A stretch of DNA of 64,000 nt from NCBI RefSeq assembly GCF_009914755.1, contig NC_060928.1. The stretch is one strand, 5' to 3'. The translations under genes were made by a program, and so were the position numbers. Origin of the DNA: the human T2T-CHM13v2.0 reference genome, Homo sapiens. The notes under the pieces are model-generated. The model worked only from the letters and a program-made list of their open reading frames with translations, ran no database searches and was not told the origin of the DNA. Below are positions 42,500 through 62,420 of the stretch, piece by piece. Position 1 is the first letter of the stretch, and each line of letters opens with the position of its first letter.

Positions 42500-44850
42500 T
42501 AGACCATCACGGATGCCAAGCTTTAGGTAAATCTCACAGTGGAGGGTAAGTCCATCCCCTTCTTAATCAATACGGAGGCTACCCACTCCACATTACCTTC
42601 TTTTCAAGGGCCTGTTTCCCTTGCCTCCATAACTGTTGTGGGTGTTGACAGCCAGGCTTCTAAACCTCTTAAAACTCCCCAACTCTGGTGTCAACTTAGA
42701 CAATACTCTTTTATGCACTCTTTTTTAGTTATCCCCACCTGCCCAGCTCCCTTATTAGGCCAAGATATTTTAACCAAATTATCTGCTTCCCTGACTATTC
42801 CTGGACTACAGCCGCATCTCATTGCTGCCAACTTAGACAATACTCTTTTAAGCACTCCTTTTAGTTATCCCCACCTGCCCAGTTCCCTTATTAGGCCGAG
42901 ACACTTTAACTAAATTATCTGCTTCCCTGACTATTCCTGGATTACAGCTACATCTCATTGCTGCCCTTCTTCACAATCCAAAGCCTCCTTTGCGTCCTCC
43001 TCTTGTATCCCCACACCTTAACCGACAACTATAAGATACCTCTACTCCCTCCTTGGCAACCGATCATGCACCACTTACCATCTCATTAAAACCTAATCAC
43101 CCTTACCCCACTCAATGCCAATATCCCATCCCACAGCATGCTTTGAAAGGATTAAAGCCTGCTATCACTCGTCTGCTACAGCGTGGCCTTTTAAAGCCTG
43201 TAAACTCTCCTTACAATTCCCCCATTTTACCTGTCCTAAAACCAGACAAGCCTTACAAGTTAGTTCAGGATCTATGCCTTATCAACCAAATTGTTTTGCC
43301 TATCCACCCCATGGTGCCAATCCCATATACTCTCCTATCCTCAATACCTCCCTTCACAACCCATTATTCTGTTCTGGATCTCAAACATGCTTTCTTTACT
43401 ATTCCTTTGCACCCGTCATCCCAGCCTCTCTTCGCTTTCACTTGGACTGACCCTGACACCCATCAGGCTCAGCAAATTACCTGAGCTGTACTGCCGCAAA
43501 CCTTCACAGACAGCCCCCATTACTTCAGTCCAGCCTAAATTTCTTCCTTATCTGTTACCTATCTCAGCATAATTCTCATAAAAACACACGTGCTCTCCCT
43601 GCTGATCGTGTCCAATTAATCTCCCAAACCTCAATCCCTTACAAAACAACAACTCCTTTCCTTCCTAGGAATGGTTAGTGCAGTCAGAATTCTTACACAA
43701 GAGCCAGGACCACACCCTGTAGCCTTTCTGTCCAAACAACTTGACCTTACTGTTTTAGCCTAGCCATCATGTCTCCGTGCAGCAGCTGCTGCCGCCCTAA
43801 TAATTTTAGAGGCCCTCAAAATCACAAACTATGCTCAACTTACTCTCTACATTTCTCATAACTTCCAAAATCTATTTTCTTCCTCATACCTGATGCATAT
43901 ACTTTCTGCTCCCCGGCTCCTTCAGCTGTACTCACTCTTTGTTAAGTCCCACAATTACCATTGTTCCTGGCCCGGACTTCAATCCGGCCTCCCACATTAT
44001 TCCTGATACCACACCTGGCCCCTATGAATGTATCTCTCTGATCCACCTGACATTCACCCCATTTCCCCATATTTCCTTCCTTCCTGTTCCTCACCCTGAT
44101 CACACTTGATTTATTGATGGCGGTTCCACCAGGCCTAATCGCCACACACCAGCAAAGGCAGGCTATGCTATAGTACAAGCCACTAGCCCGCCTCTTAGAA
44201 CCTCTCATTTCCTTTCCATCGTGGAAATCTATCCTCAAGGAAATAACTTCTCAGTGTTCCATCTGCTATTCTACTACTCCTCAGGGATTATTCAGGCCCC
44301 CTCCCTTCCCTACACATCAAGCTCGAGGATTTGCCCCACCCAGGACTGGCAAATTAGCTTTACTCAACATGCCCTGAGTCAGATAACTAAAATACCTCTT
44401 AGTCTAAGTAGACACTTTCACTAGATAGGTAGAGGCCTTTCCCACAGGGTCTGAGAAGGCCACCGCAGTTATTTCTTCCCTTCTGTCAGATATAATTCCT
44501 CAGTTTAGCCTTCCCACCTCTATACAGTCTGATAACAGATCAGCCTTTATTAGTTAAATCAGCCAAGCAGTTTTTCATGCTCTTAGTATTCAGTGAAACC
44601 TTTATATCCCTTACAGTCCTCAGTCTTCAGGAAAAGTAGAGCAGACTAAAGGTCTTTTAAAAACACACCTCGCCAAGCTCAGCCACACACTTAAAAAGGA
44701 ATAGACAATACTTTTACCACTTTCCCTTCTCAGAAGTCAGACCTGTCCTCAGAATGCTACAAGGTACAGCCCATTTGAGCTCCTGTATAGACGTTCCTTT
44801 TTATTAGGCCCTAGTCTCATTCCAGACACCAGACCAACTTAGACTGTGCC
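42500..44850 (+). pseudogene. pol: HERV-H pro-pol relic
   Basis: Protease FLINTEATHS (DTG motif mutated); RT NSPILPVLKP and VLDLKHAFFTIPL; no YxDD visible after LPQ; integrase QSDN remnant; many stops. Confidence 0.9.
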
Positions 44851-45430
44851 CCAAAAAAACTTGTCATCCCTACTATCTTCTGTCTAGTCATACTCCTATT
44901 CACTGTTCTCAACTACTCATACATGCCCTGCTCTTGTTTACACTGCTGGTTTACACTGTTTCTCCAAGCCATCACAGCTGATATCTCCTGGTGCTATCCC
45001 CAAACTGCCACTCTTAACTCTTGAAGTAAATAAATAATCTTTGCTGGCAGGACTAGGCTGAATCTCCTTAAGCACTCTCTAATCAGATGTCCTGAGTCGT
45101 CCCAATTCTTAGACCTTTTATACCTGTTTTTCTCCTTCTCTTATTCCATTTAGTTTTTCAATTCATACAAAACTGTATCCAGGCCATCACCAATAATTCT
45201 AAATTACAAATGTTCCTTCTAACAACCCCACAATATCACCCCTTACCACAAAATCTTCCTTCAGCTTAATCTCTCCCACTCTAGCTTCCCACACCAACCC
45301 TAATCCCGCTCGAAGCAGCCCTGAGAAACATCGCCCATTATCTCTCCATACCATCCCCCAAAATTTTCACTGTCTCAACACTTTACCACTATTTCGTTTT
45401 ATTTTTCTTATTAATATAAGAAGACAGGAA

Positions 45431-45834
45431 TGTCAGGCCTCTGAGCCCAAGCTGAGCCATCATATCCCCTGTGACCTGCATGTACACATCCAGATCGCTG
45501 GTTCCTGCCTTAACTGATGACATTCCACCACAAAATAAGTGAAAATGGCCTGTTTCTGCCTTAACTGATGACTTTGTCTTGTGAAATTCCTTCTCCTGGC
45601 TCATCCTGGCTCAAAAGCTCCCCCACTGAGTACCTTGTGACCCCCACTCCTGCCCGCCAGAGAACAACCCCCCTTTTTCCTTTACCTACCCAAATCCTAT
45701 AAAACGGCCCCACCCCTATCTCCCTTCGCTGACTCTCTTTTCGGACTCAGCCCACCTGCACCCAGGTGAAATAAACAGCTTTATTGCTCACACAAAGCCT
45801 GTTTGGTGGTCTCTTCACACAGATGCGCATGAAA
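45431..45834 (+). mobile_element. HERV-H 3' LTR (LTR7), complete U3-R-U5
   Basis: TGTCAGGCCTCTGAGCCCAAG...GCGCATGAAA; internal repeat CTGCCTTAACTGATGAC x2. Confidence 0.97.
45698..45775 (+). promoter_or_regulatory. LTR7 core promoter and polyA signal
   Basis: TATAAAA 45698, GC/GT box GGCCCCACCCC 45706, AATAAA 45770. Confidence 0.8.
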
Positions 45835-46339
45835 CACCCGACAACAAATGTCTACTGTAGAATGTGTATCACTCTGTGGGAGATAAAAATATGAATCAGA
45901 GGACCTCCTGCTCTCAAGGGCCTCAAAGAGAGAAATAGTTAAGATATATTCCCTGAATATCTATACATCAATGTGCTTTCACTGCAGCATTTGCTAACTT
46001 CGAGATTGTAATCAAAGCCTCATGAAAGAGCATTGTTATGTTTTGCAGGACTCTGTGGGGCACTGCAACCCTGGATTTACAGCACTTACGTAATTAAAGC
46101 AAACAAAAATTGTAGTGAAAACGTTGGATAAGAAGAGAAAAAAGCTACAACATTCACAATGCTAATTCCTATCACCTGAGTATATTTGTTGATGGTCTGC
46201 TCATTTGTAACACGTTTCTTATTCTGCATATGGGAAAATAAAATCAAATGTTAAATTTTTCCTTCCTAGAGCTCCCTAATTCTAAGCTATTCCCTTGTAT
46301 TTTGTGGCTTCATTTGACTTGTCACTTGGAAGCTACCAC

Positions 46340-46525
46340 TGTGACAGGCTGAATAATGGTCCTGGGAGATGTTCTCATTAGAATCCCTGGAACTGTGAAT
46401 GTTGCCTTATATTGCAAAGAGATTTTGCAGATGTGACCAAGTTAAGGATCTCAAGATGGGGAGATTACTCTGGATTATCCAGCTGGATCTAGTGTAATCA
46501 CAAGAATCCTCGTAAAAGGGAGGGC
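46340..46525 (+). mobile_element. MLT1C/D LTR 5' fragment
   Basis: AATCCCTGGAACTGTGAATGTTGCCTTA...TTTGCAGATGTGACCAAGTTAAGGATCTCAAGATGGGGAGATT. Confidence 0.8.
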
Positions 46526-47275
46526 TGTCATTGTGCTGTTTACCTCTGTTCTCCTGGTAGAAGCCAACACTGCTAGGCAGGAACATGGGAAAAATCCAAA
46601 AAGGAACTGCCGAAGGCATGGATGATCATGCCTTTGTCACCTCATCTTGTCTTCAGGTCTCTTGTGAACCATACCATCTCTCCTTTCCTCCTCTAGTTTA
46701 GTGTAGATGGGCTTTAAAATGGTTCCTCAGGGTTGACATTTACTAAACATGTCTACACTGCAGTCACAGGCTGGGGTTAGAGAGTCGGGGTATTGGATAC
46801 TGTCAGCTTGAACGTAACCCTTGTACTTAGGGACACAAATACAGCAAGAGCAAGCCCAGCTTGGTAATATTTTTAGAAAGATATACAAAAATTCTAAATC
46901 ATGGGGAGTTTGTTAAAATTAACATTTAACCTTTCATTAATGACCTTAAAGTACTTTTTAAAAAGACATAAAAATGAGAGAAAATAAGGTGCTTTGGCCT
47001 GTCAGCTTGTAGACCCAGGACTTTGTCTATTGCCATTTTATTCTGACCCTTTTGTTCTTTAGTCTGAGGCACAGACGTGGTCCTCGCTACCACCCTTTCT
47101 TTGTCCCCACCTCCATGAAGACCTAGCAAATAATAGAAAGAGCCCGAGAGAGCAGGAAAGATTGAGAAAGAACAGGGAGGATAAAAATTAAGATCAGACA
47201 ATCAAAAAGGAATAATAATTAAATCAAAGTTTCGAAATTGTCATGATGTAGTCCCAAATTATACAACCATGGATG

Positions 47276-47481
47276 TAGGTGCAAATCCAGGTTGTGTGGG
47301 TCCTAAAACTTATGCAGTCTCTGGCCCTCTTGAAGAAAAATACAAATGTCTGATCTGCTAATGTTATATAAACAAATGACCAAGTGAACCTATTGGCAGT
47401 GAACCATTTAAGGCCTTGGAAAGGGTCTGTGCAAGAGGGCCCCTGAAGCTTAAGCTTCATTTTACAGTAGATGCTCCTTTG
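47276..47481 (-). mobile_element. Arthur1-like hAT-Tip100 MITE
   Basis: GGGCCCCTGAAGCTTAAGCTTCATT end and ATCCAGGTTGTGTGGGTCCTAAAACTTAT end match recalled Arthur1 termini. Confidence 0.6.
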
Positions 47482-47733
47482 CAGGGCCAAGGATCAGACT
47501 GCAGATGGCACTTGTGACACAGGTGCACATACCCTTCCATTTTCGTTGTCTGGTCCCAGGGCAGAAGCCTGATGCCTCCTGTTAGTGATAGCATTAGTGA
47601 TGCTTGTTGGAGCATAAATTGGCTGTTGAGGACTCTGCAAAGGCTGGTGTCCTGGAAAAGTTGAAGGGATTTGGTTGGGTCTCAGGACTTGATCTAAGCA
47701 GGGTGGCTGTGCCAACAGCATCAGTCTCACTCA

Positions 47734-48051
<318 letters not shown>

Positions 48052-48058
48052 CTATACG

Positions 48059-48132
<74 letters not shown>

Positions 48133-48175
48133 CACATATACATACACATATACATGTATATAAATATATGTATGT
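48052..48175. repeat. (TATACA)n hexamer microsatellite
   Basis: Directly visible at the Alu tail position. Confidence 0.95.
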
Positions 48176-48289
48176 ATTTCATTCTTTTCAAAATTCTGTT
48201 TGTATGTTTAGACAGGGCCCTCAGAAAACTTTCAGTGGGCCTCACTTCATCAAACACTGTTGATGTCCAGTCTCTTGGACTACTGAGTT

Positions 48290-48655
48290 CACCAGGATGG
48301 CATCTGTGGGCTTTGGGAATTTGCTTCAATGCAAGCAGATGCAACCCAGAACAGTGCGGGCATTAACATCACTGGGGCAACCCTCAACCAATGGGGGAGT
48401 AAGTGAGTGGAAAAATGCTCCTCCACATTTCCCCTCCTGCAGTGGGACAATGCTAAAATGTGTCCCTCAAAACTTGTTAGACAGCCCTGTTCACCCAGGG
48501 TGGTGATTCACCCAGGGTGGGATGGGTGACTGCTTTTCTCCCATCCCAGTCAGTTCCCCACTTCCTCATTTCTGCTTCCTGGGATTATCTCCAGTGCAAG
48601 CTATCTGCTTCCACGTCTTTGTCTTAGGGTCTGCTTTTGGAAAAACCCAAAGGAA
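48290..48655 (+). mobile_element. LTR16-family ERVL LTR
   Basis: GGGGCAACCCTCAACCAATGGGGGAG...TGCTTCCTGGGATTATCTCC...CTTAGGGTCTGCTTTTGGAAAAACCCAAA. Confidence 0.7.
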
Positions 48656-49507
48656 GGCATTACTTCAAACTACATGGCTACTCATTAGGGAAAGTTGAGA
48701 CTTCCTTTACTTAATTATGGGGATGGAGATAAGAACATTTTTCTACCTTTTATTTTGAAATCTCGCTACCAGTCCTAATAATCTGGTAACTTAGAGGATA
48801 CTCTGCTTCTCTTTCCTTCAACTGGCAGCAACTTCCTCTTTAGGGGCCATGTCCATCTGCACTCCCAAATTATAACACCCAGAATCAAGCCGGATCAGAT
48901 ACTACACTAATGCGGGACTATCTAATGCAAACATGACATTAAAAAAAAGAGACTGTTTTATATCAGTCTTGGACTTTACTTGCAAGGCTTTCAAAAAGTC
49001 ACATGGAAACAATTGCAATGAAAGGATTTTATGCATTTTTTGGTGCAAAGTTTATTTATTCAGATTGTCTTTATAGTTGGATCTCATCATGTTAGAGGAT
49101 TTTGCAGAAACCCTTCAGTTTCATTTTCAAAGCTATAGATGTCTTATTTGTATAATTATTACTTTTTGGTGGAGACAAAGTGACCCAGTTTGAGAGTTCA
49201 GTTAGAATTTTGTATTCTTCACGGATTTTCCTATTGAATACACAAATTAATTCTTTTGTTTGACGATTTCCAAAGCAGTTCTTGGCAACAATAACTTTTC
49301 ACATTTTCATGTAAAACCAAACCTTATGTAAATAACCAACTGCAGAATCTTTGGGCTTCATTCTAATCCATCAGAGTCAACTTGACTTTTCTGAGTTTTA
49401 TTTTTAAAACTTTAAGTATCAGAGAAAATTCATTATCTTGACTCTCTTTTAAAATCAGACTAATCAGGGCCTCATTTGTTAGGATAAAGAGGATTAAATT
49501 AAACTCA

Positions 49508-50026
<519 letters not shown>

Positions 50027-50336
50027 AAGAGCTGGGGAAGACACTGATTTCCCTGAAAGCCAGAACTTCAACTCTTGAGTCACAAGCGATGACACTGAGG
50101 AGTAGTAATCTAGAGTCTCATCCTGACATCCTTTGACCTGAACAGGGCATAAGAAAACACCCAGCTCTTGTGTTGCCCACAGAAACAGTTGACCCTCACA
50201 TTTCCCCATTAAGACTTGACAACAGGAGAATCTCTCAGTGCTTCTGTAGAAGTTGAGATTCTTTATTCCTACGCATGTCTAAGTCTGGAGCTCTGATCCT
50301 GAAATACGCTCTATGAGAATGCTATGGGTATGAGTA

Positions 50337-50696
50337 TGCTATGGACTGAATTGTGTCTCCCAAAATTTATATGTTGTGCCCTAACCCCTAATGTAATGGT
50401 ATTTGGGGACAAGGGCTTTCAAAGATAATTGGGTCTAAATGAAATCATGAAGGTAGGGCCCTCGTGATGAGATCAGCGCTCTTAGAAGAAGAGACACCAG
50501 AGAGCTTGCTGTATCTCTCTGCCATGTGAAGACAGGGTGAGAAGGCAGTCAGGAAGAGAGCCCTCAGCAGAACTTGACCATTTTGGCACCCCAATCTTGG
50601 ACTTCCAGCCTCCAGAACTGTGAGAAAATAAACTTTGGCTGGTGAAGTCTCCCAGCCTGTGGTATTTTGTTGCGGCAGCCTGAGCTGACTAACACA
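50337..50696 (+). mobile_element. MLT1A-type MaLR solo LTR
   Basis: TGCTATGGACTGAATTGTGTC...GACTTCCAGCCTCCAGAACTGTGAGAAAATAAA...GACTAACACA. Confidence 0.9.
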
Positions 50697-51640
50697 GTAT
50701 ATAAACTCTACAAGCACCATTCGGGTAAATGGAAGACTCAAATATTCTCCTTGCCTCTCCCTTGGAGCTGTTTAATTTAACCTATAATTCTTCTCATAAC
50801 TGTATTTCCTAGAATCACACATTGACTGTAGACCGGAAAGAAGGAGGTTTGGTTGCATCCTGACTTTTCATATATATATAGTCAAATATGAAATATACTG
50901 TTATCTATCTGTACACCTAAGAAGGGCAGATTTACTGTGCATAATTTTATACTTTAATAAATCTGAACTTAAAAAAGATCAGTGCTTGGGAAAATGGTTT
51001 CTATGAAGAAAGCCTTTAGCCAAAGATGAGAGATTGGGGGTTGGGGGTAGAAAACCTGAAATAACTGGGTTTAGTTAATTTAGAAAAAACAAATTAAGCA
51101 GTGGTTTAATAATATCTGAAATCCAAATGTCAGTTTTTCCTCTCCACCTTGAGGGTCACTTTGCAACATTCTATTTGAAGAAAAAAAAAAAACAGATTTA
51201 ACTATGAGTAGCTGACTTGGTTGCACTACAGTGTACAGTGAGCTTTGACATATCATTCCAGAAGGCCCACGCTGGGTGGATGTTGGTCTGCCCAAGTTCA
51301 ATCCTTTTCACAGACTCCCTGCCTGAGTGAGTTTGCAGAAATACTTGTTTATTTTTCTAAGTGTCCAGGAGGTACGTGTTGGAAAAGAAATATACACACA
51401 TACATATAATGCACACACACTCATTCCTATCTCCAAAGGACTAATATAAATCCTTAAAAGAAACAGACTAAACTGATAAAAAGAGAATCATTTTCCTAAT
51501 GAACTCATAACTTATAAGGTTTACTCTGCCCACAATAAAATTGGGTGATAGTTGGAACTCTTAATTGTTCCATTACTGAGTCACTACCCCAATGGGAGCT
51601 TTCTAGTTTCAAACACCTCTCTTGCTTCAAGTCTTTAGCC

Positions 51641-51806
51641 CAGTATTTCTCAAAATATGTCCTCAAATTGCCGCTGTCAGAATTATCTGGAATGATTGTT
51701 CAAAATCCAGATACTTGAAAATGAATTTCTAAGGGTGGGCCTCAGAAATCTGCATATGAAAAAAGTCCCCTGGTAATTCATTTAGCACCAAAAGTTGAGA
51801 ACACTT
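51641..51806. mobile_element. MER5B-type MITE
   Basis: CAGTATTTCTCAAAAT...AAAGTTGAGAACACT. Confidence 0.7.
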
Positions 51807-52364
51807 CTTTTAACTGCTATGATGAAAATTTTTCTCTTGCTCCTGGATATAAAACAAGAGCAAACTCTTTCTGCCACATTCTTAGTTTGGAGGTTGGGTA
51901 GTCTTAAAAATGGGTCGGAATATTGGGTAGTTCATGTGTTCTACAGATTTTTAATGAAGGTTGATACTCAACATTTTGAAATGGCATGAAGGGGCAAAGA
52001 ACTAAGAGAGGTGAAGAAATAGAAACCCAACCAACCTACTATGCATAAAGTACTGGTCTAAGTGTTAAACGATTTGTGTTTCAAGTTCCCCAATGTTAGT
52101 GATTTCTTCCTTTCATCTAGCTTTCCATCTTTTCTTCCAATTTTCTTCCATTAAAAAAATTTATTTGTATATGTGCACAGAATTGAATTCATCAAAATTG
52201 TTGGTCATATTATATCCTCATCATTGGTTCATGCATGGTCTTTTTTTAATTCATTATTTAATTAGATATTTTAACTAATGCAATAAATACCTGAGAAAGC
52301 AACACCTAAATCAAATGCTAGTACCTTGACAATAACTATAAGCAGAACACCAAAACCACTCTGT

Positions 52365-56307
<3,943 letters not shown>

Positions 56308-57650
56308 ATGCCTTCCTATAATCTTTTACCAAAACACATTCTACTTTCCTTACACACCTTGCATGTAAAACTGTTTTTCCAGTAGTCTCGAGTACATGTT
56401 ACACTGCTAACCCTTACCAACTTTTACTTTTGGTAAGTAAGTAATTCTAATTATGTACTAGGTGTGGAGCCTAGGACACCAGACAGAAGTGCAGATAATG
56501 TTTGAGTCTTCTCAGCATAGCTAGGGGACATGGCTAACTCTGTGTGTCCTCTGGCCTTACCTAGCTTTAAAGAAGGCGAATTGTACAGTTAAGAGTCATA
56601 GTAGCAGTTTATGAAGCATTTAGTAGGCCTAATAACCTTTAAACTATACAACATTTATTTCATAAATTTTTCAGACTTACACAGACCATCTATGACATGC
56701 CTGGACTTTCTGACTTGTAGTAAACATCCCTCTTTTTTTAACAACTATTTTACTTTAGGACAATAATTTATCATACAAGGTCTTTTGTTTATATACAAAA
56801 TCTCTTTTCTCTATAACATTCCTTACCAAAAATACCTCTTTACCTTTATAACCTTTAAGTTAGACAAAAGTCATTTTCCTTCTGTTAGAAAGTTAAGGTT
56901 TGTACTGCACGTTGCTGTGTGAGTCCTGTGAAGAGGGAGCAGATAAGGAGGTTATCTGCAACTGAAGAAGTTATTCCCCTTCAAGAAATTGTTTGGGGCC
57001 GGGCACGGTGGCTCATGCCTGTAATCCCAGCACTTTGGGAGCCTGAGGCGGGCGGATCACAAGGTCAGGAGATCAAGACCATCCTGGCTAACACAGTGAA
57101 ACCCCGTCTCTACTAAAAATACAAAAAAAAATTAGCCGGGCGTGGTGGCGGGCGCCTGTAGTCCCAGCTGGAGGCTGAGGCAGGAGAATGGCGTGAACCC
57201 AGAAGGCAGAGCTTGCAGTGAGCCGAGATCGCGCCACTGCACTCCAACCTGGGCGACAGAGCGAGACTCCGTCTCAAAAAAAAAAAAAAAAAAGAAATTG
57301 TTTGGTTAGATTTTTGCTAGAGCTTGTCTGAATAAGTGTGGGCCACTTCTAAACTCCTGAGGTAGGACTGTCCAGGTTGAAGTTATTGGTTAAAGATTTA
57401 GGTAACTTTCCTAGGAGAAATAGGGCTATAGGGAAACATGAATTTAGAGGTTGATTAAATATTAAGCAAGCAAGCACCTATCTTGAAAAGTATATTTTTG
57501 TCAAAAGCCATGTGAATATTTTCTTCTGGAGGGAGGAGGTGCCATTTGTCCCTACTACCTGACAGGATTTGGAAGAGAGTTGCTCAGATAATAAGATGAG
57601 CACAGAGTAGGCAGCTCTTGAAACCTAAAGGGAAATATATAATTTTACTT
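56308..57650 (-). mobile_element. MER4-group ERV internal fragment, opposite orientation
   Basis: 56308-56350 is the reverse-complement homologue of 54699-54745. Confidence 0.65.
56997..57291 (+). mobile_element. AluY
   Basis: GACCATCCTGGCTAACAC, GAATGGCGTGAACCC; perfect TSD AAGAAATTGTTTGG. Confidence 0.97.
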
Positions 57651-58161
57651 ACTTTATTGTTATAAATAGTTCTAGTTTTGCTTTTACCTTAGCTAGTTTT
57701 TATGACAAGGTCAAACTTTTCCAAGGAATTTAATCCTCTTCACTTCATGTCTCTTGGAGCATCTTATACATCTCTTTCCTGTTATTTAAACATTTCATCT
57801 AATACTGTCTTCAAAGTGGATTTTTGTATGCACAAACCAGCTAAAGTTTGTGTATGCCTGAGAAAATGTTTATGATGCCTTCATATTTGAATGTTAGTTT
57901 GGCTTGGTATAAAATTGTAACTGCATTTCTTTCAAAATTTGAAAATATTATCTCATGTGTCTTGCTTATCATATTGCTGTTGAAAAAACTTGGTGTTACT
58001 CGAATTTTAATTTTGGTTGGTGATCTATTTTTCTGTACAGTGTATTTTAGAATTTTCTCTTCTTATTCTAGGAGTGGATTTTTATCTTGTTCCCTATGTT
58101 TAGTCCTCTATGAAGCCTTTCATTCTGAGGTCTTTTATTGTTTTCCCCCCTTTATTTTTGA

Positions 58162-58510
<349 letters not shown>

Positions 58511-58769
58511 TTAAATATTATTTTAATTTCTTTTTAGGACTTCCATTATCTGGCATACATCTTTGTCTTATCATTTATCCTTGTTTATATATTAGTTGTT
58601 CTCAAAGCATGGTCTTCAGATTAGCAGCACTGGTACCACTTGTGAGCTTATTAGAAATGAAAACTCATGTCCCTTCCCACACCTAATGAATTAGAATCTC
58701 TGGGACTGAGGGTCAAGAAACTGGTTATCAATCTCTCCAGGTGATTCTTATATATAAGTTAAGATTTAA

Positions 58770-59690
<921 letters not shown>

Positions 59691-59888
59691 ATTTAAGAAC
59701 AATTGTTTTATTTTTGTATTTTCTTCTTTGCTATGGGAGGGTTTCTCAGTCTTCTAATTTGCTGACTTTTCCCCCTCAGTTGCATATATTCTTTCAATTA
59801 TCCCAACTATGTGTCCCATTCTTCTTTAATTTAACCTTAAATTGGGTTCAGTAGACCAGCAGCCTCACTATCACCTGGGAACTTGTTA

Positions 59889-60257
<369 letters not shown>

Positions 60258-60343
60258 TCAGAAACTCTAAAGGCAAGGCCCACCTATTTATTTTAACAAG
60301 TCTTCTATGGATTCTTCTGATCCATGCTTAATTTTCAGAACTA

Positions 60344-60755
<412 letters not shown>

Positions 60756-61509
60756 CTAATTTAAAACTCTTGATTTATTTTTTTCTAATAATTTGGCCAA
60801 TTTTGCTACTTGTAATCTTTTGTGTTTGTTTCCATTTTTGAAATGCTTGTGCTTCTCAAATGTCTTGCTTTTTTAGCCTGTGACTGTGCTCACCCTGTGG
60901 GTTATTGGTTACTGGGTGGGGCAATGCATATGGAGGAAGGCCAGAATCCCCAAGCTCAGGCACCAGGGTGCAGCAGGTGGAAAACACTGGGCTTCAGAAA
61001 TCTAGTCAAGCACACCCCACCTCACACAGCCACTATTCCAGGCTTTACACCTAGGAGAAGAGGCTTAGGACAGAGAGACCCAGTTTAGATCGCCATTCTT
61101 GGCCAGAAGGCTTGGAGCAGGAGGGGTGGGAAAGCAACAACCTGAGGTCAGTTAGTCCTTACACACATTCCTCCCACAGACGTTACACTACAATATTACT
61201 CCTGAGAGCACCTGGACCTGAGTTCTGAAGACACTGTATCCCAAGGCAATGGCAGGGATGGAACCAGGGCAGAAGCCAGCAATTGCTCCTCCTGTTCTCT
61301 CTTAACACCAAGCTGGGCTGCCTCTTTCCCAGATGCACCCTTCCCCAACTTTCAGACACCAAGTTTAAAACACCCCCACCCAAGGATGTCAGACAGTATC
61401 CTCTGTTTTCCCTTGGTAGTTTCTGCTACCTTAATCTTCAGGGCAGAAACCAGGAGTTGTTCAGTATCCTGGTCAGATGTGTTGAGTTTTCAAAGTTGGT
61501 ACTAAGAGC

Positions 61510-61700
61510 TTCCATTAGTACAGCCCTGGTTTCTAAGCACTCTCAAATGTATTATTTCATTCTCACAATCACCTATGCAGTAGCTTGCACATGTGTTATT
61601 ATTCTTATTTTACAGAAGAAGAAATGGATTCCAAAAAGCAGTGACTCACTGAGGTCACACAGTAGTTGAGTGGCAGAGCTAGGAGAGAACTCTGGTCTCC
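61510..61700 (-). mobile_element. MIR
   Basis: TTATTATTCTTATTTTACAGAAGAAGAAATGGA...GAGGTCACACAG...GTGGCAGAGCTAGGA. Confidence 0.8.
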
Positions 61701-62094
61701 TGCCTGGTTGAACAGATCTTGCTGTGACCTCTGACCTGTCAGCTAATGTGCTTGTGGTCTGAGAACAGGGACCTTGAGCCCTGCCCTGCGCCTGTGATTC
61801 TCTGGACTTGCCTCACTCATGCAGATGAAAGTTGACACTGTGGAGTGCATCTTACTGTTTCCTGCCTATGAGTAGATTTGTCTCTAATGGAAAGAGGGGT
61901 TTCTTGTTGTTCCAGGCACACTGGACCTACTGCTAGGACACCATTGATTTTTAAAAAAGGATGTTTTTAAAATGTTTTCCACATGCTCAGACACCTTAGT
62001 GTCTCAAAAAATAAGAAAATATGTTAGAGATGTCAAAACAAATAAATGATGTTTAAAGTCTCTTCTGTGCTTAAAAGAATAAACCCTTTTTCAC

Positions 62095-62420
62095 GGATGC
62101 TGTTGGTGCCCCACCCAGATCCCTTCTGTCAGGTGGTGCACTCAGTCCCCATTTGCTGTAAGCTGCTGATGGCCCACAGCTGCCCCTTTCTCTGGAGAAT
62201 GGCCTTCTGCCCAATGGGGCTGGCTTCCCAGAGATGTCTGGAAATAGCCTCATCCTTCATTTGCAGCAACGACTGCCTAATACAATAAAGGCTCGGCTCC
62301 TTGTTAAGGAAGGTTAATTGTGTGATGTAATTTTTGTTCCAAAGATCCTTCTGAGGCCAAATAAATTCTTACACATGAATTCCTGTCTTAGGCTTTGCTT
62401 CTAGAAAACCCAAACGAAGA
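62095..62420 (+). mobile_element. LTR16-family ERVL LTR
   Basis: GTGCCCCACCCAGATCCC 5' end; CTGTCTTAGGCTTTGCTTCTAGAAAACCCAAAC 3' end. Confidence 0.65.

Larger units (their letters stand above)
41131..45430 (+). mobile_element. HERV-H internal region (deleted RTVL-H2 type), lacking 5' LTR and PBS
   Basis: HERV-H leader repeats; gag ATGGGCAAG at 41261; zinc knuckles, protease, RT and integrase relics; polypurine tract AGAAGACAGGAA before the LTR. Confidence 0.97.

Noticed and set aside
42136-43484. HERV-H gag, pro and RT ORFs as functional genes
   Set aside because: Short fragments, catalytic motifs mutated or deleted (protease NTE, no YxDD), many stops and no 5' promoter.
41131-45834. HERV-H as an L1-processed pseudogene (because it is 5'-truncated)
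   Set aside because: The 3' LTR includes U5 and there is no polyA tail or long TSD.
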